64,000 nt of DNA from Lachnospiraceae bacterium. Lineage in GTDB: Bacteria > Bacillota > Clostridia > Lachnospirales > Lachnospiraceae. Below are positions 9,565 to 18,034 of the stretch, piece by piece (position 1 is the first letter of the stretch; every line of letters starts with the position of its first letter). A program made the position numbers and the translations under genes. Location of the stretch: the NCBI GenBank assembly GCA_045112915.1, contig JBGUIK010000058.1, positions 4,525 through 68,524 of the forward strand, written 5' to 3'. Under the pieces are notes generated by a model. That model was not told where the DNA came from. It saw only the letters and a program-made list of their open reading frames with translations, and made no database searches.

Positions 9565-9839
9565 TCATTGAAAACTCAATAATGTAGGCAATTAAAAAGG
9601 TATAGAGTGCCTGTCTTTGGTATTTTTCATCGATGAACTGGCGGATATCACATTCGGGGAATCCTTCCAGATCATTATGACGGATCCGATAGAGAGTGTC
9701 TGTGTCATTTTTAAGCCAACGGAAGAACAGTTAGCCGTTTGTAGGCCGACACCCGGAATACATCCGTAATTCGCTGGTCAAAGCGGCATTGACTGTCAGA
9801 AATTCTATCTGATTGCCTGTATTATTGAGTTTTCAAAGA
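9565..9839. mobile_element. Small element bounded by ~28-bp inverted repeats (MITE or IS remnant)
   Basis: Left TCATTGAAAACTCAATAATGTAGGCAAT; right end reverse complement TCTTTGAAAACTCAATAATACAGGCAAT (3 mismatches); no intact ORF inside. Confidence 0.6.
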
Positions 9840-9914
9840 TCTAAGCTTATTTATGGTATGGGAATTATTAGTTAATTACTTAAGGAACAAGATGAGTTGA
9901 TTTTTAGACAAAGA

Positions 9915-9955
9915 AAAACCCCGATTTGCGCTTATTATGCGTTTATCAGGGTTTT
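9915..9955 (-). terminator. Stem-loop immediately 3' of tRNA-Met
   Basis: AAAACCCCGAT...ATCAGGGTTTT imperfect inverted repeat followed by a T-rich run on the minus strand. Confidence 0.6.
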
Positions 9956-9961
9956 GTAGCA

Positions 9962-10035
9962 TAGCGAGAGGGGGATTTGAACCCTCGACACCGCGGGTAT
10001 GAACCGCGTGCTCTAGCCAGCTGAGCTATCTCGCC
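9962..10035 (-). tRNA. tRNA-Met (CAT), elongator type; CCA not encoded
   Basis: GGCGAGATAGCTCAGCTGGCTAGAGCACGCGGTTCATACCCGCGGTGTCGAGGGTTCAAATCCCCCTCTCGCTA folds as a cloverleaf with anticodon CAT. Confidence 0.95.
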
Positions 10036-10070
10036 ATATTTAATTTGCGCTGTTTTTTCAACGCTTGATT

Positions 10071-10099
10071 ATTATACAATCCTATGCCATAAGTGTCAA
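10071..10099 (-). promoter_or_regulatory. sigmaA promoter of tRNA-Met
   Basis: TTGACA-17-TATAAT on the minus strand. Confidence 0.88.
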
Positions 10100-10157
10100 G
10101 CATGAATTTGTAAAATCTTCACACAGTTTTAGTTTTAGTTACAGTTTTAGTTACCGA

Positions 10158-10266
10158 TGACAGTTCAGTCAGGCTGCTCATGAATTACGTTATCGGCAGC
10201 AAAACATCCATCTTCGTGAGAAAAACACCGGTTACTGGGAGTGCCAATGCAGCCTGTCTGAACTGT
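10158..10266. repeat. Dispersed repeat family A copy
   Basis: ACAGTTCAGTCAGGCTGC ... GCAGCCTGTCTGAACTGT inverted ends around core GGCAGCAAAACATCCATCTTCGTGAGAAAAACA, which recurs at 24800 and, inverted, at 31826. Confidence 0.8.
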
Positions 10267-10280
10267 TTCGTGTAGTTTTA

Positions 10281-11024
10281 TTATTGATAATATGTGAACG
10301 CGTCCTTCCCGGCACCCTCCGCATAGGCGGTTAGGTTCATGCAGCACAGAGCACGTCCGGTCGCCTTGCCGGTACGAAGCCCGATCCCGGCACACCCGAG
10401 GTCAATGTTCACAATGTGGTGCTCTTCATCGATGAAGGCCGCGAGAGGTTCAGGATTCTCGGAGATGAACTGGACCGGGACGTGGCCGATCACGTGGAGC
10501 CGGCTGTCTTTTTGATATTTGCTCTTCGGGACGTACTCCCACATGCGCCAGGGAGAATTCCAGACGGTATCGAAAGCGTCCTTGTAAGAGATATCTTTAA
10601 AGAGCACGCTGCCTATTTCAGCGATGAAATCCGAATGGCTGAGGAGGTAGCGCGTATCCGCGATGGGAAGCTCGACCTGCAGAGCCATTCCTCCGAGATA
10701 ATCCAGAATTGCTTTCTGTGTGTCCTTAGACTCTTTGTTAAAAGCGTTTCTTGTCACGGTCCCGCCATTCGAGCCGTGTAGCCAGTAGTTTTCTTTTTCC
10801 GGGTACCGGTAGTTCGTGTACATCATGAGTTCATGATTTCCGAGGAGGCAGATGATATTGTCCCGGCTCATAATATCGAGAAGCATGGGAATACTATCAG
10901 GGCCTCTGTCTATGACATCGCCGACTATGTAGAGAAGATCGTCATCCGAGAAGCGGATGTCCTTCAGCATTTTCTGAAAAAGCCCGTACTGGCCGTGGAT
11001 ATCACTGCATGCGTAAATATTCAT
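10281..11024 (-). CDS. Calcineurin-like metallophosphoesterase (PPP-type)
   Basis: SDIHG, GDVIDRGPDS, GNHE, GHVP, NIDLG motifs. Confidence 0.9.
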   Translation of the reverse strand: MNIYACSDIHGQYGLFQKMLKDIRFSDDDLLYIVGDVIDRGPDSIPMLLDIMSRDNIICLLGNHELMMYTNYRYPEKENYWLHGSNGGTVTRNAFNKESKDTQKAILDYLGGMALQVELPIADTRYLLSHSDFIAEIGSVLFKDISYKDAFDTVWNSPWRMWEYVPKSKYQKDSRLHVIGHVPVQFISENPEPLAAFIDEEHHIVNIDLGCAGIGLRTGKATGRALCCMNLTAYAEGAGKDAFTYYQ

Positions 11025-11100
11025 AAAGATAATCCTTTCTAATGAGCGGAGCATTGGTCGCAATGAACACGCGACCGGTACCAGCGTGGACCGGCCTTAT

Positions 11101-11598
11101 TCAGGTAAGGCCGGCAAGAGTCGCATAGTTTTTTGCGGAGTTTTGCACATTTTCAATCTCTTCCGCAGTCAACGGACGTTTCACTCGGGCAGGGCTTCCG
11201 AGTATGAGGGAACCCTCCGGAAAACATTTGCCCTGCGTGACCAGAGAGCCGGCGCCTACGATGGAGTTCTTTCCGATTTGAGCTCTGTCCAGAATGATGG
11301 ATCCCATACCGATGAGAACATTGTCTTCAATCGTGCAGCCGTGGATGATGGCTCCGTGGCCGACTGTGACATTGTCGCCGATCACGGTAGACGTGTTTTT
11401 GCTGACATGGATCATGACCAGGTCCTGGATATTGGTATTGCTTCCGATGCAGATAGCTCCCTCGTCGCCTCGAAGGACGGCGTTGTACCAGATACTGCTG
11501 CCGGATTTTATGTTGACATCACCGATGATCTGGGCTCCCGGGGCAATAAAAACGTTGGAATCGATATTCATGGGGCAGATGGTTCCTTTCAAAGTCAT
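11101..11598 (-). CDS. Gamma-carbonic anhydrase family hexapeptide-repeat protein (YrdA/PaaY-like)
   Basis: IWYNAVLRGD, NIQD...IH, VTVGHGAIIHGC; the start may be 11571. Confidence 0.92.
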   Translation of the reverse strand: MTLKGTICPMNIDSNVFIAPGAQIIGDVNIKSGSSIWYNAVLRGDEGAICIGSNTNIQDLVMIHVSKNTSTVIGDNVTVGHGAIIHGCTIEDNVLIGMGSIILDRAQIGKNSIVGAGSLVTQGKCFPEGSLILGSPARVKRPLTAEEIENVQNSAKNYATLAGLT

Positions 11599-11696
11599 AG
11601 TTTATTGTATCACATATGTAATATTTTATCAGCCGCAGACATGACGTTTGCGGCTGATTGTTGTATAATCTGATGCATGTAATTGAGGAGGATAAT

Positions 11697-12113
11697 ATGA
11701 GACTCGATTTTCTTAATTTGCCGGATGAAAAGATGCAAGAAATGGAGTATGCCCTGCAGCGTGGTGAGAAAGACAATGGTCTTGCGTTCACGGTTCTTGA
11801 GAAGGACCACTGTGAGGCAGTCATGCCGGTGCTTCCGGAGCATTTGAACTTATACGACATGGTCTATGGCGGCTGTCTCTTCAACCTGATGGACATTGTC
11901 GCTGGTGTTGCAAATATCTGCGGCGGCGGTCTCGGTCCCACCGTCTCCGGTAATATTGAGTATGTGAGCGGGACCCGCGGTGTGAAGGAACTTCGCTGCA
12001 CAGGTCTGGTGCGCCGAGCCGGCAGGACCTTCTCCTACATTGACACAGAAGTGGTCGGAGATGACGGCAGGCTTCTGTGTAAAGGCTCGTTCATCTATTA
12101 TAATAACCCGTGA
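11697..12113 (+). CDS. PaaI family hot-dog thioesterase
   Basis: HLNLYDMVYGGCLFNLMD, RRAGRT..YIDTEV motifs; GAGGAGG RBS. Confidence 0.85.
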   Translation: MRLDFLNLPDEKMQEMEYALQRGEKDNGLAFTVLEKDHCEAVMPVLPEHLNLYDMVYGGCLFNLMDIVAGVANICGGGLGPTVSGNIEYVSGTRGVKELRCTGLVRRAGRTFSYIDTEVVGDDGRLLCKGSFIYYNNP

Positions 12114-13072
12114 ATTTCCAGCAGTCTGCTAAGCGTCAGGATGTCCGTGCCGCAGTTCTTTATATCTTCCCCGAAAAAGGCTGAGGCATCCGCGGCAGTG
12201 ACAGTCCTTTCATGCTTTGTTCCATCCGCAGTGTAGACGAATGTCACATGATCGAGATTTTCGATGAGACCTACAATGATCCGCCCGGAGGTGTCCATGT
12301 TCTGCTCCTTCTGAGCGAGCTTTTCGTCAGGAATAGGATCAGACAGGAGTATTCTCCAGCCGTAGGGCTCCTTAGCAGTCTCCAGCTCATTCGTGAAGGG
12401 ACCGATGTAAGTGGAGAGATTCAGCGCATTTGCAAGACGGTTGTTGGCAGACATATCACCGACATAGCTGTGGTGTGCGGTAAACAGATCCGAAGCGAGC
12501 GGAGACACGGTCTCGCCCTCCGACCAGACGATGCGGTCACCGAGCCAGACATCACGGATGGTCTCGGAAGCGGTAAAACTTGTCCCGAGGCTTCCTGTGT
12601 GGAACGGGCTGACGGCGACAGCCCGGGCACGTACGGTAACCACGCCGTTCTCCTCGTCAAAACTCAGTTTTGATATGGCGGAGGCGCTGTCTGCGGGAAC
12701 TGCCACAAAATCGAGCTGCCGATCACTCACTGTGAGATTTTCTGCAGTCCAGTTCGAGTAATTAGCACTTCCTATAAAGAAAGTCCTTGCGAGCAGGACT
12801 CCGAGTACGATGAGAACTGCGCCGGCAATGCTTCCAAGAACGATCCTGCGGTTCCGCTTCCTGTTTTTTCTGAGAAAGTCGATCTCACCCTGTTCCCTGA
12901 ATTTTTCTTCTTCCCCGGTCAGAGACCCGGTCATCGAGCCGTAAACTTTACGGCACTCTTCACATCCTTCAAGATGGTCTCTCACAATGCGGTTCGTGAC
13001 TTCGCTCGTAAGCTCGTCAATATAGGACGGGAGCAGATCCCGAACTACTTCACATGGAATTTTCTGACTCAT
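12098..13072 (-). CDS. Zinc-binding (zf-HC2) transmembrane anti-sigma factor with a DUF4825-like C-terminal domain
   Basis: CEVVRDLLPSYID...HLEGCEEC, one TM helix; translationally coupled to the ECF sigma. Confidence 0.88.
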   Translation of the reverse strand: MSQKIPCEVVRDLLPSYIDELTSEVTNRIVRDHLEGCEECRKVYGSMTGSLTGEEEKFREQGEIDFLRKNRKRNRRIVLGSIAGAVLIVLGVLLARTFFIGSANYSNWTAENLTVSDRQLDFVAVPADSASAISKLSFDEENGVVTVRARAVAVSPFHTGSLGTSFTASETIRDVWLGDRIVWSEGETVSPLASDLFTAHHSYVGDMSANNRLANALNLSTYIGPFTNELETAKEPYGWRILLSDPIPDEKLAQKEQNMDTSGRIIVGLIENLDHVTFVYTADGTKHERTVTAADASAFFGEDIKNCGTDILTLSRLLEIHGLL

Positions 13073-13539
13073 TGTTCCACATCCTTTCTAAGCTTTTCTT
13101 TTGCGCGGAAAAAGGTTACCCGCGCCCAGTTTTCGGATTTTCCGTGGATTTCACCGATATTTGCAAATGAAAGATCCCCGAACACCCTTAGATACACCAC
13201 CTCGCGGGAGGGCTCCGGCAGTCCGTGTATCAGCCGAATGAGGTCAAGCCGATTCATTTCACCAAGGACTTCCTCCTCCGAGGAAGGCCGGGACCCTATA
13301 GAATCCGGGAGCTCCTCGGCGGTCGGATTTTTGCGACGGTAGGCAAGGAGCACGTTTCGGGCAATCGCGCAGAGCCAGGTCGACACTTTGCAGCTCCCAT
13401 CGAAGCGGTCAATGCTTCGAATCGCCTGGAAGAATGTCTCCTGTGTCAGTTCTTCCGCTATATAAGAGTCGTGCGTCTTTGTGAGCAGGAACCCGTACAC
13501 GACCTTTGCGTACTGCTGGTATATTTCTTCCATCGACAT
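13069..13539 (-). CDS. ECF RNA polymerase sigma factor
   Basis: AEELTQETF, STWLCAIARN, REVVYLR...SFANIGEIHGKSENWARVTFFRAK. Confidence 0.93.
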   Translation of the reverse strand: MSMEEIYQQYAKVVYGFLLTKTHDSYIAEELTQETFFQAIRSIDRFDGSCKVSTWLCAIARNVLLAYRRKNPTAEELPDSIGSRPSSEEEVLGEMNRLDLIRLIHGLPEPSREVVYLRVFGDLSFANIGEIHGKSENWARVTFFRAKEKLRKDVEQ

Positions 13540-13574
13540 CGGCTTCTCACCTCCTTTCTTTTCGGTTCTGTCAG

Positions 13575-13603
13575 TTAATGCAAAGCGATGGACTTTCGTT
13601 ACA
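13575..13603 (-). promoter_or_regulatory. Possible autoregulated ECF promoter
   Basis: TGTAAC-17-CATTAA upstream of the ECF sigma gene. Confidence 0.45.
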
Positions 13604-13662
13604 GGTTTTTTGAAATTTTATCAGATTTCTTTTGGCTTTATGCCTTCTGTAAAAATGTAAGC

Positions 13663-13749
13663 GGCTGCCGCATAGATGCAGGCCTCACATATAGCAGACG
13701 TTTGTTGCAAATGACTGCTTTATGTCTGGCACCGTCTAATGCGGCAGCC
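13663..13749. repeat. Dispersed long-hairpin repeat family B copy
   Basis: GGCTGCCGCATAGATG...CGTCTAATGCGGCAGCC; similar to 47414-47512 and 55355-55448. Confidence 0.75.
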
Positions 13750-13772
13750 TCTATTTGATTTTTCTTTTAGAA

Positions 13773-15335
13773 TCACAGCAGTGGAGCCACGAGCCTTGCC
13801 AGACCTCCTGTCAGGCGTACAAGGAACTTCTCGTTATTGATATCGTCCAATGTGACCTGGTGACAGCGCGAAAGAGTCTTCGTGAAATCATCTTCGATGT
13901 CAGATATGCAGTCTGTGCCGTACATATACGTTGCGCACTCAAAGTGGTGGTAGAGGCTTCTGTAGTCGAGATTGATCGTTCCGACAACAGCTTTTACGTC
14001 GTCAGAGACGAAGACTTTAGCATGAACGAAGCCCGGAGTGTAGAGATAGATCTTTACGCCTGAAGAGAGCAGAGTCCTGAAATATCTCTTTGCCAGATTG
14101 TACACCATTTTTTTGTCGGGGATTCCCGGCAGGATCAGTTTGACGTCGATGCCTCGCTCCGCGGCGTACTTGAGGGCCATGAGGAGTTCATCGTCGAGGA
14201 TCAGGTAGGGCGACATGATGTGGACATAATTGTTTGCCCTGTTCAGAATGCTCATGTAAACTTTTTCGCCCACTTTGTCGTCATCGAACGGGTTGTCAGC
14301 GTAGGGAATGACGTAGCCTTTGGCTAAGGAGCAGGGCTCCGTCGGCACATCTAAATATCTGGAATAATCAGCGTCCGGGCCGAGGATCTCCCACATGTTG
14401 AGGAACATGAGAGTCAGATTTTTGACCGCCGGCCCCTTGATGCGGATTGCTGTGTCCTTCCAGTGACCGAAACGAACGGTCTCATTGACATATTCGTCCG
14501 CTATATTTACGCCGCCGTTGAAGCCGACCTTGCCGTCAATGACCAGAATTTTCCTGTGGTCGCGGTAATTGTAATGTGTCGAGACAAAGGGGGTGAGAGG
14601 AGAGAACATCTTTGACTTGATGCCTATACCCTCCAGCATTTCCGGGTAGTTGTAGGGCAACGTAGAAAATGCGCACATGCCGTCGTACATGACGCGGACC
14701 TCTACTCCCTCGGCAGCCTTGCGCTTCAGAATAGCGAGGATCGTCCCCCACATTTTTCCTTCATCAATAATGAAGTATTCCATGAAAATGAAATGCTTTG
14801 CCTTCTCGAGCTCGATCAGCATGTCTTTCCACTTGTCTTCCCCGAGAGGGTAGTAGGTGACCTCGTTGCCCTGTGTCACAGGGTAGGTCCCGGACCGGTT
14901 CAGGTAGGTGACCAGATCCCGCGTCTCAGGGCTGTCGGCCTCCAGATTGCTTATCACATCATTATCCTGAGTAAGGTCGTTTTTGTGCTCCTTTAACAGT
15001 TTTTTATGTCCTTCTCTTATAGCAGCGCTCCCAAGCGACGATCTCGTAAAGAGATAAAACAGCGCTCCGAAAACGGAGGTGACCGCAATGACCAGTATCC
15101 ACGTGGACTTCGCGGATGAATCCATCTCCGAATTCACAAGATAAACTATGACAATGACGTTGAACAGGATGATGCCGGCACTGATATGAGCGATGAGACC
15201 TGCGAACCAGTTCATCACTGAGAGTGCGGTCAGTACCGCAAGAGCGAAGAGGATTATTATGACTCCGGTGCGGCTGAATATCAGAGAAAGTAGTCCCCTC
15301 CGCTTCTTTTTTATAAGATGAATCTCTTTTTCCAT
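13773..15335 (-). CDS. cls: Cardiolipin synthase
   Basis: Two HKD motifs (HRKILVIDG, HAKVFVSD), N-terminal TM helices. Confidence 0.95.
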   Translation of the reverse strand: MEKEIHLIKKKRRGLLSLIFSRTGVIIILFALAVLTALSVMNWFAGLIAHISAGIILFNVIVIVYLVNSEMDSSAKSTWILVIAVTSVFGALFYLFTRSSLGSAAIREGHKKLLKEHKNDLTQDNDVISNLEADSPETRDLVTYLNRSGTYPVTQGNEVTYYPLGEDKWKDMLIELEKAKHFIFMEYFIIDEGKMWGTILAILKRKAAEGVEVRVMYDGMCAFSTLPYNYPEMLEGIGIKSKMFSPLTPFVSTHYNYRDHRKILVIDGKVGFNGGVNIADEYVNETVRFGHWKDTAIRIKGPAVKNLTLMFLNMWEILGPDADYSRYLDVPTEPCSLAKGYVIPYADNPFDDDKVGEKVYMSILNRANNYVHIMSPYLILDDELLMALKYAAERGIDVKLILPGIPDKKMVYNLAKRYFRTLLSSGVKIYLYTPGFVHAKVFVSDDVKAVVGTINLDYRSLYHHFECATYMYGTDCISDIEDDFTKTLSRCHQVTLDDINNEKFLVRLTGGLARLVAPLL

Positions 15336-15360
15336 AAAGTACCTCAGGTGATGAATGCCT

Positions 15361-16422
15361 CTATATCTTCGTCGACTCCCGTAAAATGAGCTCCGTCGGC
15401 ACGTAGACTGTTCTGGGTTCGCGGGTCTTATCAGCTATACGGTTCAGTATGAGCTCGGAAGCTATATCGCCCATGACCTGTGTATGAATATGTACAGTAG
15501 TTACAGCCGGCGCGTGATAGCGTGATTCCGGAGAATCATCAAACCCCATGACAAGTATATCGGCGGGGCAGTATATATCCATGCGCCTCAGGGAACTGAT
15601 GAGGTTTATGGCGATAAAGTCATTTGCGCAGATAAATGCGTCGGGAAGCTTTGAAAAGTTCTGCAGGGAACTGTAGAGCATGTCAGCATAAGTGACGTAG
15701 TTGGCCGGCTGCAGCTGCATTTTGGAGGGTGGAAAAGCGGGAATAGAGTACTTCTCGGCAGGCTCCAGTCCGAAAAGCGCGGCAGCGGTGATGCAGGCGC
15801 TTGCCCGCTCGAAAAAAGAGCGGCAATGGAGCATATCACCTACAAACCCGACGGATTTTTTACCCTTTTCCGCAATCTGTGAGACAAAGGAATAGATTCC
15901 AGCCTGATTTTCCATGAAAAGTGTGTCCGCCATGAGGGGCGGCCGACCCGGTTTTACAGGGGTATCAATAAAGAGAAGAGGAATGGGGAGGGAACACAGC
16001 ATTTCGCAATATTCGTAGTTGAAAAGTTCCATGCAGAAAATGGCTGCGACTTTATCGGGGCTGAAGCTGCCCGGCAGACGAAGATCCATGAGCTCACTCT
16101 GCGTCACACGATAAAAGGTCAGGCTGTACCCGCATGATGAAAGATTCTGCTGTATACGATCAATCGTAGTCACCGCAAAGTGCGAGCCTCCCGGTATATA
16201 GCAGGTAAGCATGGCAATCTCTTTCTTGTCGGATGCGATCGGAATCGCATGCGGCATAGCGCTGCCTGTCGAATTTTTATAACCCATCTCTGCTGCCTTG
16301 CGGAGAATGAGATCCTTTGTAGATTCAGCAATCACACCGGTATTATTAAATGCCTTTGAGACAGTGTTTCTGGATAGTCCCAGTGAATCGGCAATATCCT
16401 GCATAGTCACGCGCCCTGACAT
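15361..16422 (-). CDS. LacI family transcriptional regulator
   Basis: VTMQDIADSLGLSRNTVSKAF HTH; C-terminal ICANDFIA, GFDD. Confidence 0.94.
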   Translation of the reverse strand: MSGRVTMQDIADSLGLSRNTVSKAFNNTGVIAESTKDLILRKAAEMGYKNSTGSAMPHAIPIASDKKEIAMLTCYIPGGSHFAVTTIDRIQQNLSSCGYSLTFYRVTQSELMDLRLPGSFSPDKVAAIFCMELFNYEYCEMLCSLPIPLLFIDTPVKPGRPPLMADTLFMENQAGIYSFVSQIAEKGKKSVGFVGDMLHCRSFFERASACITAAALFGLEPAEKYSIPAFPPSKMQLQPANYVTYADMLYSSLQNFSKLPDAFICANDFIAINLISSLRRMDIYCPADILVMGFDDSPESRYHAPAVTTVHIHTQVMGDIASELILNRIADKTREPRTVYVPTELILRESTKI

Positions 16423-16579
16423 GTAGCTTCCTCCTGTTGCCTAAGATGCACGATGCCTGTTAGCTACTTAAAATTATACAAAAATGACAAATAATAGTCA
16501 AATGCAACAAAAAAACGGACGCTTTACATTTTGTGAAAATTGTAAAAATGACAGTGTAAAATTATGTACAAATAGCAAA

Positions 16580-16661
16580 TTGACGAATGTCAGAGTTACA
16601 AATATAATGTAACAGAAAATGTAAAAATAAGTTTTACATATGTAACAATTATATTGTGACA
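16580..16661 (+). promoter_or_regulatory. sigmaA promoter with palindromic operator candidates
   Basis: TTGACG (16580)-17-TATAAT (16603); palindromes at 16595-16613, 16619-16639 and 16641-16661. Confidence 0.7.
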
Positions 16662-16676
16662 GACGGGTAAAAAGGC

Positions 16677-17825
16677 ATGGCGAGCATAGAACTGACTGCT
16701 TCAGGGCAGATCAAGAGCGAACATGGCGAGGATGGTATGGCAGAAGAACGCCCGATGTTCCATCTCACCCCATATTGCGGACGGGCAAGTGGTCCGAATG
16801 ACTTTTTCTTTTATAAAGACGAATATCATCTGTTTTATCAATACAATCCCTATGATCTGTGCTGTGATCCTACGCATGTGGGGCATGCGGTAAGCAGCAC
16901 ATTATTTGACTGGAGACATCTGCCCGCAGAAATGGGTGCCGGCATCGATCATGTTAACCATGAAGAACCGGTGATTGATATCAGCGCAAGATTTGGCAGC
17001 ATGTACGAATGCCCGGATTTTTTTGAGCTTAGCGGTACGTGGGTCCTTCTCTTAAGTCCGAAGGAGATGAAGTCCTGCGAGCCGGACGACCATAGCGGCA
17101 GCGCTGCAATTTTCGGCGATTATGACCGTGAGAGCGGGATATTTACACCCCACCTGAATCAGCCGATCGACTACGGAACTGATTTTTGTTTCCCCCGGAC
17201 TCTGCTGACTTCCGACGGGAGAAGAATTCTGATTGCGTGTATGCAGAATCGGTATATCCGTTCTGATCGGGAAAGAACCGGGCAGTGGGCAGGTCAGATG
17301 ACCATACCCAGAGAGCTGTCCGTGACGGACGGCAGGCTCTGCCAGAATCCTGCGCGGGAACTTGAACAGTATTACACAAATATCTTGACATATAAAAATG
17401 TGCCGGTCTCCGATGAAGTATTCCTCTATGGCATGGAGGGCAGCTGTATGGACATCGAGATCAATGTGAGACCGGTGCCGGATGAGCCTCTCTACAGAAA
17501 ATTCGCGGTGTGCCTCACTGCTGATGAGGAAAAATACAGTTCAATCTATTTCAGTCCCGAAGACGGGATGGTCAAAATTGGCCGCAAGCATTCCGGATCT
17601 CCCGAAAGAATCACACATCATTGCGGATGTCTGGTCGAAGAGAGTATGGATGGGAACATAAAATTTCGGATCATTTTGGACAGATTCAGTTCTGAAGTGT
17701 TCATTAATGACGGCAGATATGTTGTGTCGACAGTGATTCCGACCAGGCTTTCAGCGGAAAAGATTGTTTTCCGCACGGAGGGGAAGTCAGCCATTGATGT
17801 GACTAAGCGGGATATCCATATCTGA
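16677..17825 (+). CDS. GH32 beta-fructofuranosidase homolog, internally deleted and probably catalytically dead
   Basis: YHLFYQYNP, ECPDFF, IDYGTDF, MTIPREL, DRFSSEVF are present; WMNDPNG reads RASGPND; FSGS and RDP segments are absent. Confidence 0.85.
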   Translation: MASIELTASGQIKSEHGEDGMAEERPMFHLTPYCGRASGPNDFFFYKDEYHLFYQYNPYDLCCDPTHVGHAVSSTLFDWRHLPAEMGAGIDHVNHEEPVIDISARFGSMYECPDFFELSGTWVLLLSPKEMKSCEPDDHSGSAAIFGDYDRESGIFTPHLNQPIDYGTDFCFPRTLLTSDGRRILIACMQNRYIRSDRERTGQWAGQMTIPRELSVTDGRLCQNPARELEQYYTNILTYKNVPVSDEVFLYGMEGSCMDIEINVRPVPDEPLYRKFAVCLTADEEKYSSIYFSPEDGMVKIGRKHSGSPERITHHCGCLVEESMDGNIKFRIILDRFSSEVFINDGRYVVSTVIPTRLSAEKIVFRTEGKSAIDVTKRDIHI

Positions 17826-18034
17826 GGCATTTTAAGGTCTTGCGCGTGTTCTGTTTCAGGGAGGCATTCGGACAGAAGGCATAGGCGATGCAGCCCTGCA
17901 ATATGCGTGCCGGACCGCTTGGTGCCGATGATGCGGGTCATTTCCGGTTATGCAGCGGTAATCATTAATCAGCCGGAATCCAAAAACAATTCGGACCGGC
18001 AATCCAAGGGCGAGAGCCCGGAAAGGGAGGAATC

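Noticed and set aside
9541-9600. Second pseudo-repeat candidate (CACACC/GGTGTG hairpin + ATTGAAAA) whose following bases match 9812-9836
   Set aside because: The match includes the handle itself and the PAM position reads AAA, not TTC. Terminal inverted repeats of a small element explain it better.
1193-9960. Anti-CRISPR/Aca genes, integrase or extra effector genes in the cas island
   Set aside because: The cas genes are contiguous with no room for extra ORFs, and no recognisable integrase or HTH ORF lies in the window.
10141-10155. Short ACAGTTTTAGTT duplications near the tRNA promoter
   Set aside because: Too short and low in complexity; probably slippage next to a repeat copy.
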